Below, piece after piece: positions 9,355 to 19,800 of a stretch of DNA of 59,395 nt. The stretch's first letter is position 1, and every line of letters starts with the position of its first letter. The position numbers were made by a program, and so were the translations under genes. The stretch covers positions 1 to 59,395 of the forward strand of contig CAYTPJ010000001.1 in assembly GCA_964439755.1 (NCBI GenBank), written 5' to 3'. Under the pieces are notes generated by a model. The model saw only the letters and a program-made list of their open reading frames with translations, made no database searches and was not told where the DNA came from. The DNA comes from an uncultured Oscillospiraceae bacterium (lineage in GTDB: Bacteria; Bacillota; Clostridia; Christensenellales; Aristaeellaceae).

Positions 9355-10476
9355 TTAGTCCATCAGCTCTACAAGCACGGCATTTTGCATGTCCATGCCC
9401 TTTTGGGTCAGTGTTAAGTACCCATTTTGGAGCGTGACCAACTGCTCTTTTAAAGGCTTTTTGAGTCTTTCTAAATACACACTTTCTAAAGATACGTGGT
9501 GCATTTGTTCAAACTGCGCTAAGCTGACACCTTGTGTGAGGCGAAGCCCAAGCATGATGCTTTCAAACATGGCATCTTTTTGGCTGATATACGTGAGCGT
9601 AGGCTGTGTATTTTCCAAATACTGTTTTATTGTGCAAGCGTTTTGGTAACGCACGTTTTGGGTAAACCCACAGGCAGACAGCCCAATGCCGATATACTCT
9701 TTTCTCTGCCAACAGTCCACATTGTGCTGACACATGTACCCTTTTTTGCTAAAATTGCTGATTTCGTATTGCAAGTATCCTGCATTTTGGAGCATTTCTC
9801 GTGCTGTGTAGTACATGGCACGCTCCTCCTGTTCATCGGGCAAACAAAGCACCCCTTTTTCAATGTCTTGGTGCATCCTTGTGTTTTCTTCCACGATCAG
9901 CCCGTAGCAGGAAATGTGGGTGGGGTCAAGGTCAACAAAAGCTTTTACAGTGTCTTTTACGTCTTGCAGTGTTTGCGTTGGGATGCCGAGCATCATGTCC
10001 ACATTAAAGTTATGAAAGCCATGCGCCTTGATTTTATGGACGGTGTGCACAGCATCATCAAAGGTATGAATGCGAGAGAGTACGTGCAATATGTTTTCTT
10101 TGGAGGATTGTATGCCCATGCTCAAACGGTTGATTTTGTTATGTTTTAAAACGTCCAAAAATTCGTCCGTTACGCTGGAAGGGTTCATTTCGCAAGAAAG
10201 CTCTGCATTTTCCTTCAATGTAAAACAGCTGTGCACTGTGCTCAATAAACTGTCCATCCATTTTGGAGGCACAATGGAAGGGGTGCCACCTCCTATGTAC
10301 AGGGTGGAAAGGACACTGTCTTTATATGTGTCTGCTGCTCTTTTTATGTCCTCTTGCATTTTTAAAAGCACAGGGTGTATCTTGTCCTCCTGATGCGAAA
10401 AAGAAGCGAAATCGCAGTAAGCACATTTTCTTTCGCAAAAAGGAATGTGCAGGTAAAGCCCTTGTTCGTGCGTCAC
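9355..10476 (-). CDS. hemW: radical SAM family heme chaperone HemW (coproporphyrinogen III oxidase-like)
   Basis: The sequence GLYLHIPFCERKCAYCDF contains the CxxxCxxC radical-SAM motif at the canonical position. The 373-aa length and HemN_C-like tail fit HemW. It has a 4-nt overlap with the upstream gene. Confidence 0.85.
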   Translation of the reverse strand: MTHEQGLYLHIPFCERKCAYCDFASFSHQEDKIHPVLLKMQEDIKRAADTYKDSVLSTLYIGGGTPSIVPPKWMDSLLSTVHSCFTLKENAELSCEMNPSSVTDEFLDVLKHNKINRLSMGIQSSKENILHVLSRIHTFDDAVHTVHKIKAHGFHNFNVDMMLGIPTQTLQDVKDTVKAFVDLDPTHISCYGLIVEENTRMHQDIEKGVLCLPDEQEERAMYYTAREMLQNAGYLQYEISNFSKKGYMCQHNVDCWQRKEYIGIGLSACGFTQNVRYQNACTIKQYLENTQPTLTYISQKDAMFESIMLGLRLTQGVSLAQFEQMHHVSLESVYLERLKKPLKEQLVTLQNGYLTLTQKGMDMQNAVLVELMD

Positions 10477-11597
10477 GGTACTGTCACCGCATATACGTCA
10501 TTTTCACAAGCAAGCAGAGCAACTCCGTTGGACAAAAGCCCAATATAAGAGGTTACAGGGCCCATGTTGGCAGGGAGCGAGGCAACGGAAAAGCGTTGGC
10601 CAGAAATGTCTGCTCTATAAATACCATCATCTGAAAAAGCGTAAATTTTGTTGCCCATAAAGGAAGCGCCCACGCACGCATCAGGCAAAGTAAAGCGCTT
10701 GTCTGTTTTACCATAGAGGTAGCGCAACTGTGTTATTTGGTATAAGTCGTTCGTTTGTCTTGTAGGCGCAAAGAGCAACTCTGCTTGATTGTTTTTTTCA
10801 GCATGGTCAATGAGTTGCCAGCCGTAAACGAGCTGGGTGCTGTCAATATCTTGTTTGCCACGATAGTCATAGGTGCGCATTTGACGTGTGCTGATGGCGT
10901 GCAAATTGGTGTCTGCATACACGATTTTATACGTAATGGTGTCGCCAAGGTCCACGTCTCCAATCGTCATAACGCCCACTTGATAGGTGTTGAGTGTGGT
11001 GGAAGGCACAGTGCCATACAAGTTCATAGACGTTGTCCACAAGTATTCGCCGTCTGCAAAAAAGCCCAAATCAAGTATCAACTTGTCCTCATAGGCGGCA
11101 TTTTCTTCATCTCTTTTGTTGCCATAAAGGTCTAATATCACAAGGCGTGAAGCTTGATTGATGGAATTATCATCCCCCAATACCACGCCTACATATTTGC
11201 TTGAAATACGAGCAAACTGAATGCTTTCACCCATATTATCATCATACGTAGAGTGCCCATTTCTATCCAAAATGGAAAGCTGAGAGCCTGACCATATGGC
11301 AACAGCGCTGTCACAAGCATCAAAAGAGGCATCTTCCCCCACAGCATACGACCATTTTTCGGAGCCGTTTGAGTTTAAACACACGAGCGAAGTGCCATCG
11401 TAAAAGAGCACAGTGTTCCCAAAAGGCATAATCTCTTGCGTGGCAACACAACGCAATTTATCTGCTCTGATGTTTTTGCCTCCCCCGATAAATAGGCGAA
11501 GCATAAATATAACTGCTACAATAATAAGCACAAACACAGCAATTGTAATTGCTTTATTTGCCTTGCTTTTCTTTTCGTCCTCCTGGTAAAACTGCAT
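10473..11597 (-). CDS. membrane-anchored beta-rich protein (DUF5711-like), function unknown
   Basis: N-terminal charged segment plus one TM (AITIAVFVLIIVAVIFMLRLFIG), then about 330 aa of beta-rich sequence. The family assignment is from memory only. Confidence 0.55.
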   Translation of the reverse strand: MQFYQEDEKKSKANKAITIAVFVLIIVAVIFMLRLFIGGGKNIRADKLRCVATQEIMPFGNTVLFYDGTSLVCLNSNGSEKWSYAVGEDASFDACDSAVAIWSGSQLSILDRNGHSTYDDNMGESIQFARISSKYVGVVLGDDNSINQASRLVILDLYGNKRDEENAAYEDKLILDLGFFADGEYLWTTSMNLYGTVPSTTLNTYQVGVMTIGDVDLGDTITYKIVYADTNLHAISTRQMRTYDYRGKQDIDSTQLVYGWQLIDHAEKNNQAELLFAPTRQTNDLYQITQLRYLYGKTDKRFTLPDACVGASFMGNKIYAFSDDGIYRADISGQRFSVASLPANMGPVTSYIGLLSNGVALLACENDVYAVTVP

Positions 11598-11681
11598 GTA
11601 CTGCCTCCAAATTATATCAAATCACTTGGGAAAATGAATTTCCTCTACTATTATATAATATTTTGTGCGTTCTGTAAACGT

Positions 11682-13661
11682 TTAAATAGTATTCGTTTTG
11701 GATTTTGTTGTTTTTCTTACGGGATGTTTTTTGATCGTGTAAAACACAGTGGCAAGAGGGGGCAAACGCAAGGTTACACAATAGGGCATTTGCATGATGT
11801 TTTCTTTTTTTGTCTTGATGTTCTCTGTGTTTTTTACATCACTGCCACAATACATTTCGTCATCCGAGTTGAGCACTTCTGTGAGCGTTGCAGCAAAGGG
11901 GAAAGGGCACTTATAGTTTTCATAAGCAGAAGGCGTAAAGTTGGTGATTACAGCGATGGCTCTGCCCTTATGATCCCACCTTAAAAAGGAACACACAGAA
12001 CGCTCTTTGTCGTCTGCATTGAGCCACGTAAAGCCTCCCCATGAGTTGTCCATTTCATACAGCGCAGGGGTGCTCTTGTATAAGAAATTTAAGTGTTCTA
12101 TATATTTTTTAAACTCGGGGTGCTTTTGGTATACGAGCAAAAACCAATCCAAACAGTCATCGTCTTTCCATTCGATAAACTGTGCAAATTCACTGCCCAT
12201 AAAGGTGAGCTTTTTGCCTGGGTGTGCGTATTGATACCCTATGAGCGCACGAAGCCCGGCGAACTTTTGCCATATATCGCCTGGCTGTTTGTTGAGCATG
12301 GAGCATTTGCCGTGCACCACTTCATCGTGCGAAAAAGGCAAAATGTAGTTTTCGTTAAAGGCATACATAAAGGAAAAAGTGAGCTTGTCGTGATGATACT
12401 GCCTGTACACAGGGTCAAATTTTATGTAGGACAACATGTCGTTCATCCACCCCATGTTCCACTTGAAGTAAAAGCCTAAGCCCCCTTGATCTGTGGGGGT
12501 CGTAACGCCTTTAAAAGCACTCGATTCTTCTGCAATCATGAGCACATTTTTATGTTCATTGTACACGTGTTCATTGAGCGTTTTTAAAAAGGCAATGCCT
12601 TCTTCGTTTAAGTTGGTGCCATGTTTGTTGAGCACATACTCTCCTTCTTCCTTGCAAAAGTCAAGGTAGAGTATGGCAGACACAGCGTCACAGCGCAAGC
12701 CGTCTACGTGAAATTCTCTAAAGTAATACAGTGCATTAGAGAGCAGGAAAGAACACGCTTCGCCCCGTCCAAAATCAAACAAATGTGTGCCCCATTGTTT
12801 CATTTCGCCTCGCAGGGGGTTTTCGTTTTCATACAGGCAAGAGCCGTCAAATTGCCGTAACCCTATTTCATCTTTGGGGAAGTGCGCAGGCACCCAGTCT
12901 AATATCACAGAAATGTTTGCCATGTGCAGTTGGTCAATTAAATATTTTAAACCGTTCATGTCGCCATAGCGTGTGGTGGGGGCATAATACCCTGTCACCT
13001 GATACCCCCATGACATATCCAATGGGTGCTCCATAATTGGCAAAAACTCCACATGCGTGTAGTGCATTTCTGTTAAGTAAGGCACAAGCTCTTTGGCAGT
13101 TTCTTCATAGGTATAATACGTATGGTCCTCATGCTGTTTCCATGTGCCAAGGTGCATTTCGTATATGTTGATGGGCATTTGATACGGCTTGTTGCGCTTT
13201 CTTTTTTGCATAAAAAGCTTGTCATGCCACATGTATTCAGCGCACGTGTCAATACGGCTGCTGTTGTTTGGGCGCAGTTCAAAAGAGAAGGCATAGGGGT
13301 CTGACTTTAAGTGCCATGCGCCATCCTGCCCCAAAATTGCAAATTTATATGTTTTTAACTTTTGTTCAGCATTTTTATAGTTGTACTTTTCTTTATCTTG
13401 TTCTGCTGAAAAGAGTATTTGGGGCAAATAAAGCTCCCAAATGCCGTCAAACTGCTTTTGCATGGGGTATTTTTCGTATGCCCATTCGCAAAATTCACCT
13501 GTTAAACACACTTTAATGGCATTGGGCGCCCAAACGGCAAAGCAGTAGTACTCTGTTTCGTTCATGTACAGCGTGTGCACGCCCAAAAAAGTGTATGCGT
13601 TGTCACACGTTCCTTGGTGAAAGGCATGCCTTGTTTCCTCTGATGGTGGCGAATAAATCAC
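11682..13661 (-). CDS. glgB: 1,4-alpha-glucan branching enzyme
   Basis: GH13 branching-enzyme motifs are present: DWVPAHF, GLRCDAV, and the EESSAF / FSHDEVVHGK regions. I move the start to the GTG at 13659-13661 because GGAGGTG lies 6 nt upstream. The track's TTG start at 13676 contains that SD. Confidence 0.9.
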   Translation of the reverse strand: MIYSPPSEETRHAFHQGTCDNAYTFLGVHTLYMNETEYYCFAVWAPNAIKVCLTGEFCEWAYEKYPMQKQFDGIWELYLPQILFSAEQDKEKYNYKNAEQKLKTYKFAILGQDGAWHLKSDPYAFSFELRPNNSSRIDTCAEYMWHDKLFMQKRKRNKPYQMPINIYEMHLGTWKQHEDHTYYTYEETAKELVPYLTEMHYTHVEFLPIMEHPLDMSWGYQVTGYYAPTTRYGDMNGLKYLIDQLHMANISVILDWVPAHFPKDEIGLRQFDGSCLYENENPLRGEMKQWGTHLFDFGRGEACSFLLSNALYYFREFHVDGLRCDAVSAILYLDFCKEEGEYVLNKHGTNLNEEGIAFLKTLNEHVYNEHKNVLMIAEESSAFKGVTTPTDQGGLGFYFKWNMGWMNDMLSYIKFDPVYRQYHHDKLTFSFMYAFNENYILPFSHDEVVHGKCSMLNKQPGDIWQKFAGLRALIGYQYAHPGKKLTFMGSEFAQFIEWKDDDCLDWFLLVYQKHPEFKKYIEHLNFLYKSTPALYEMDNSWGGFTWLNADDKERSVCSFLRWDHKGRAIAVITNFTPSAYENYKCPFPFAATLTEVLNSDDEMYCGSDVKNTENIKTKKENIMQMPYCVTLRLPPLATVFYTIKKHPVRKTTKSKTNTI

Positions 13662-13820
13662 AAAAAGCACCTCCAAATGCTAAAATAAAGCAAATTTGCT
13701 TTTTTCTACCTCTATCATACCATAAAAAAGAGCATTTTTCCAGTTTTATATTTAAAAATTTTGAGCACACTGTAAAATGGGAAAAAGAAAAGGTGTGTTG
13801 CATCAAGGGAGGGGAAAAAC

Positions 13821-16800
13821 ATGCGTACAGTGAGGGAAAAAATTGTTTATAAAAAGCTTGAATTGCCCAAGCACTATATTTTTTTATTAAAGAATGCGAT
13901 TAAAATGCTGACAAGAGCGCAAAAAGATATGAGCGCACATATGAGTGAACAGGTGTACAGCGAAGGGGCAAAGTGGTTGATTGAAAATCAGAAAATATTG
14001 TTAAAGAGGGCAGAAGAAACAAAGAGTCAGCTAAAAGGAGTTAAAAAACTGCCCGTGTGTGCGCAAAACAAGCAAAAAGTGCGTGTGCTTTTGTGTGCAG
14101 AAAATATATTGAAAGGTCAAACGGTGGTAAAAAAAGAGGATATTGTGTACTATATAGAGCACAATGAAATTGCCCTTGGGTATGATGAAATACAAGCTTT
14201 TTATTTATCAATGAGTGTTGTGCTTTTAAAAAAGGTGCTGTGCGCCGCACTTCTTTTAAAAGAGGAGGCAAGGAATTATACATGCGCCCAAAAAGCACTC
14301 AAAAAAGCACCAAAGGGAGCGCTTAAAGCACTTAAAAATAATAAAAAAGCCTATCAAATGCTTCAAAATATATTGCTCTTAAAAGGGGATGAAAAAACGC
14401 TGCAATTGGTTCAAATGAAGGGCAATAAAATGGTGTTTAAAGAAGACAAACAAAGTGAGCCTCCACCATTGTTTTTGTTGCGCCATGCTGTGCTCTGCTT
14501 GCGTGCGCTCAAAAAAATGCCTTTTGAACAAGTGAAAGAACAGATAAGCCCTGTGTATACTGCTTTTAAAAAGGATGAAACGTATTGCAAAATGGACAGG
14601 CAAAGCAGGCACTTGTATCTTTTTAAAGTGCACCAAATGACAAAGAAATTTAAGGTGCCAGAAAAGGAAATTGTACAGAGTATTTTAGCGCTTACAAAAG
14701 GGCAAACAGGGGCGCAAAAAGAAGTGGGCACATACTTATTTGAAAATCAAAAAAAGGTGCTGGAGCACCTTGGTAAAAAAAACATATTCTTTTCTTTAAA
14801 AACAAGGGAAACGCTCTTTGTTTGTGCACACTGCATACTTTTTATTGCTTTGTTTTTAGGTGTTTTTTGGATAAATAAAGAAGTGCTCTTAGCGCTTTTA
14901 TTGTCCCTTTTACTCTATGATTTTATTTCCCTTTTAGCGTGTAAAACTGTGCTCAAATATCATAAAAATGGCTTGCTTCCCAAACTGCTCATCAGGCAAT
15001 TAGACGAACAATTGCGCACGCTCGTCGTTGTGCCCACATTGATTACAAACAGGCAACATGCGCTTTTTATGGTGCGCCACTTGAGGGAATTGCGTGCACT
15101 CACCCCTGAACAAAATGTGGAGTTTATGCTCCTTTGTGATTTAAAAGATGCACATACGAGGGTAGACCAAGAAGATCAAGGGATTGTAGATATGCTCAAA
15201 GAAAGCGTATTTTTGCTCAATCAAAATGATGAAAACGTGTTTCATTTGATGGTGCGAGAAAGGCAAATGTCTAAAACGCAAAACAAGTATATTGGGCGAG
15301 AGAGAAAAAGAGGCTCTCTCCAATCTTTGCTCAACATCATCGCAGATGAAACAGTAGAAGATTTTTATGTACATCAATCTGTACCACATAATTTTTTAAA
15401 AAATCGGTATCGCTACGTCGTCACCTTGGATCAAGACACCTTGCTTTTAAAGGGGGATTTAAGGCGCATGGTGGGGGCAATGGAGCACCCTTTGCAAAAA
15501 GACAAAGTGGGGGTGATGCAACCTAAGATGCTTTCTCATCCCATGTCAGTTCAAACAAATGTGCAAAGAAAACTGTTTACAGAGTGCTCTGTGCCCTCTT
15601 ATTTGGGCGCCATTAAAGATGTATATCAAGATGTGTTTTCCAAAGGCTCTTTTGTAGGCAAGGGCATTATAAACCCGGTCGTGTTTTGCCAGAGAATAAA
15701 AGGAAAAATAAAAAATGAAAAGGTGCTCAGTCATGATTTGATTGAAGGGGAAATCGTCTGTTCCAAAGTATTGGAAGATGTGTTTATGCTCGATCAAAAC
15801 CCAAAAAAGGTGAGTGGATTTTACAAAAGGTACAACAGGTGGGTGAGAGGGGATGTACAGCTTTTGCCTTTTTTGGGCAAAAGATATTTGTCCCTTTTAT
15901 CCAAGTTTAAAATTTTAGACAATATGAAAAATGCGCTTGTGCCTCTTGCAAAAACAGGGGTGATTTTGTATGGTGCATATAATAATATGCCGTGGTTGTT
16001 TGTGTTTGCTCTGTCTTTTCCTTTAAAAAAAGCGTTTATCCATCTGATTTTTTTGCCTTACAAAGCGTATGCAGCTTTGGACGGTATAGTGCGTGCTTTG
16101 TTTCGTATGCTCTTTAGCAAAAAAAATCTATTGTCATGGGTTACGGCAGATCAAACGGATGTGCAAATAAACAATATGGTTGCACCCTATTTTTTTACAG
16201 TATTTGTAGGGGGTGTCACGCTGTATTTATCCCTTGTGCACGCTTTGCCCATTTACTTTGCTATCGGATTTTTACACGTGCTCTTTCCACTTTTTGTGCC
16301 TTATTTTGATCAAAATGAGAAAGAAAAGGATGCGCTTAAAGAACCACAGAGGCAAACTTTGCTTTTGCTTGCACAAAAAACGTTTGCATTTTTTGATGAA
16401 CATGTGACAGAAAAAACAAATGATTTGCCTCCTGATAACCTTCAAGTATCGCCGGATAAAGGGCGTCAAATGCGTACTTCTCCGACCAACATGGGGTTTT
16501 ATTTACTCAGCTTATATTGCGCAAAAGAGTTGGGCTTTATATCGCAAGATACGCTGTTTGAACGTGTAAAAAAGAGTGTGCACACACTCAAAAAATTGCC
16601 CAAATACAAAGGGCATTTTTATAATTGGTATGATATTGAACATTTGGAAGTGCTTGCGCCCCCTTTCGTGTCCTCCGTGGATGAAGGCAATTTGATGGCT
16701 TGTTTGCTCACCCTTTTACAAGCTTTAAGGGGAGAAAAAACGCTTGTACCCTCTTATCAAGAGGTGCTCTACGACATTCAAAAGTTGGTGATGGACATGG

Positions 16801-19800
16801 ACTTGTCCATGCTTCAAAACAAAAAAGAAGGGCTTTTTGCCATTGGGTTGCACACGGAAAGTGGTATGCTTACAGAAGGCTGTTATGATTTATTTGCATC
16901 AGAAGCGTTGATACTCACGTATGTTGCAGTGATGTTAAACATCGTGCCCGTGTCAAACTTTAAGCATTTACAAAGGGAAATTACCAAAACAAAAGGAGGC
17001 AACACATTGCTTTCTTGGTCGGGCACAGCGTTTGAATACCTGCTCCCCATGATATTTTTCCCTACTAAAAAGGGCACTTTGCTCTATGACAGCAACAAGA
17101 GCTTTATTAAAGCACAGATAAAAAAGAATGTGCTCATGCCTTTTGGCATCAGCGAAAGTGGGTATTATGCGTTTGATTGTGATTTAAACTATCAATACAA
17201 AGCGTTTGGGCTGTATGAAGCGGCTTTGTCTAAGGAAACGGAAGGCAATGTGATTGCCCCTTATGCGAGCATATTGTTTTTGAAATACGTGCGTAAAAAG
17301 GTACTTAAAAACATTGAGATATTGAAAAATTGGGGCGCAGAAGGAGCGTTTGGCCTGTATGAGGCGCTGGATTTTGAAAAAGCGAGGAGCACTTCTCCAC
17401 CTGCTGTTGTAAAAAGCTATATGGCGCACCATCAGGGCATGATTTTGTGCGCCATCACCAATGCGCTGTGCAACAACAAAATAGAGCGTACATTTTCTCA
17501 ACTGCCCATGGCGAGTGCACACCATTATTTGCTCATGGAAAAGGGCATTCGGCATGAAAAAGCGAGCAAAATCACACAATACGATGTTCAAAAAGGAGTG
17601 CATCAAGCAGATGAAGGGTATCATGTGCTGACGCAAAATGCTGCCCAAGTGCTCCACGCAAAGCATACTTCTTGCCTCATGGACTCTAAGGGCACAGGGT
17701 ATATTAGGTATAAGGATTTGTATTTGACACGCTATGTATCCCCCCACACTTCAGGCGTATTGTATTACGTGAAAAATCACAATAATAACAAAACAATGCC
17801 TCTGTTTCAAGAGCCTCATGCAACGATCTATCAACACGCCGTTGTATACACTTCGCATTTTGAAGGGTTATACATAAGGGAAACACGCTTTTTAAGCGCC
17901 ATGGAAGGCGCATTTGTGTCCTCCTTTGAGGTGCAAAATAAGAGCGAACAAGACGTTGCATTTTCCTTAACGAGCTATTTAGAGCCTGCAATGAGCACGC
18001 TCAAAGAGGACGAAGCGCATCCAAACTTTAGAGATTTATTCATTGTGACGGAAAAGGTGGGCAAGCGTGCGCTGATTGCAAGGCGCAAAAAGAGAAGCGA
18101 ACAAGAGCAAGAGGGCATGTTGGTACACTTTTTTGTGGGCAGTGTGAAAATGCTTGATTTTTGTGTAAACAAAGCGCAGTTTATAGGTAGAAACAGAGAT
18201 GTGTATGCCCCTAAATTGCTTTTTCAAAATGCAGAAGAAAAGGAAAAAGAAGTGCCCTCCGTGTTCCCTTGCTTATCCATTCAAGCACATCTTGAAGTGC
18301 AGAAAAAGAGCGCAGTCACCTTTTCTTTTGTCACTTCTTATGTGCACACAAAAGAGCAGGCAGATGCGATGCTTAGAACATTTTCTCAAAAAGAGGATGT
18401 GAAAAACGCCCTCGAACTGTCAAAAACACATGGCATGTTGTTGCTCAAAATGTTTGATTATCCAATCATGCGAAGTGTATTTTTGTATCACTTTTTGTAT
18501 CGCATTTTGTTTGACCAAACAAAGCGTGCATACAAGTACAAAAAGGAGGATGTTTGGCAGTTTGCCATCAGTTTAGACCACCCGATTTTGCTCCTTTGTT
18601 TAAAGGAAAATAGCCCGAGAGAGGAAATAAAAAACATACTCAAAGACATTGCTTTTTTAAGCTACAAAGGGATCACAATAGACCTTGTGTTTTTAAAGAA
18701 AAAAGGGGCAGAATACAGCGACATGTTGCATACTTTTTTGAGGGCTGAAATCAGTGTGTCAAAAATCAAGCACAACCATGTGTTCATAATAGAAGATACA
18801 AAGGAAAATGAAAATATACTCTCTTGTTTTTGTACGCTTAAAATTGTGCTCCATCAGAAAATGACATTGCAAGATGTGACCATGCAAGCACAAACCGTCA
18901 TACCACCTACTTTGATGCCTTCTATGTGTCATGAAATTGCGGTGGATAAAAAGCTCAATAAATATGGCAGTTTAAAGGGAGAGAGAGCGTTTGTGGTGCA
19001 CAATATTCCTCCTTTGCCTTGGTGCTATTTTTTGGCAACAGAACATTTTAGTACGCTCGTGTGTGAAAGTGGCATTTTATTTTCTTGCTTAAGAAACAGC
19101 CGTATGGAAAAATTGACCAGACGGCACAAAGATGTGTTAAACCCTCAAAACGCAGAAGAAATATACGTGCTCAATGAGCAAAAAGAAATGCTTCCTCTGT
19201 GTTCTGGCACTGTGGTGTACGAACTGGGTACAGCCACTTACTTTGTAGAAACAAGCTGTTTTACAGCGCAAACCACGTGCTTTACAGATGCGGACATGCG
19301 CATGGGTGTTCGAGATGTGGTAATCAAAAACAAGGGGCAAGAAGGGCTCCATATAGAGCTTTGCTATCAAGTGCATTTTTCAATGGGCGAAAGTGGAAAG
19401 TGGACGCATTGCGAAGCGCAAAAACACGCAGTGCACGCTTTTCACCCTGATTTTAATGGGTTTACATGTGCATATATGGAGAATGCTGTGGTGCACAATG
19501 ATGTGCTGTATATGCCCTTGCACATCCCAAAAAACGAGAAAAAAAGGTGTACAATGTGCTTGCTTTATGCTGAAAATGAACAAGAAAAAACAGACATGCT
19601 GGAGGTACTGTATCAACAAGGGGTGCTCAAGCGAATGCGCAAAGTAAAAGAATATTGGGAGAATAGTCTGTCACGCCTTTCAGTGTCTTTGAACGATGCG
19701 CACATGGAAAGGTGCATCAACACGTTTTTCCCTTATCAAACGCTATCTTCTCGCATTTTTATGCGTTCTTCCTTGTATCAAGAAGGGGGCGCATACGGAT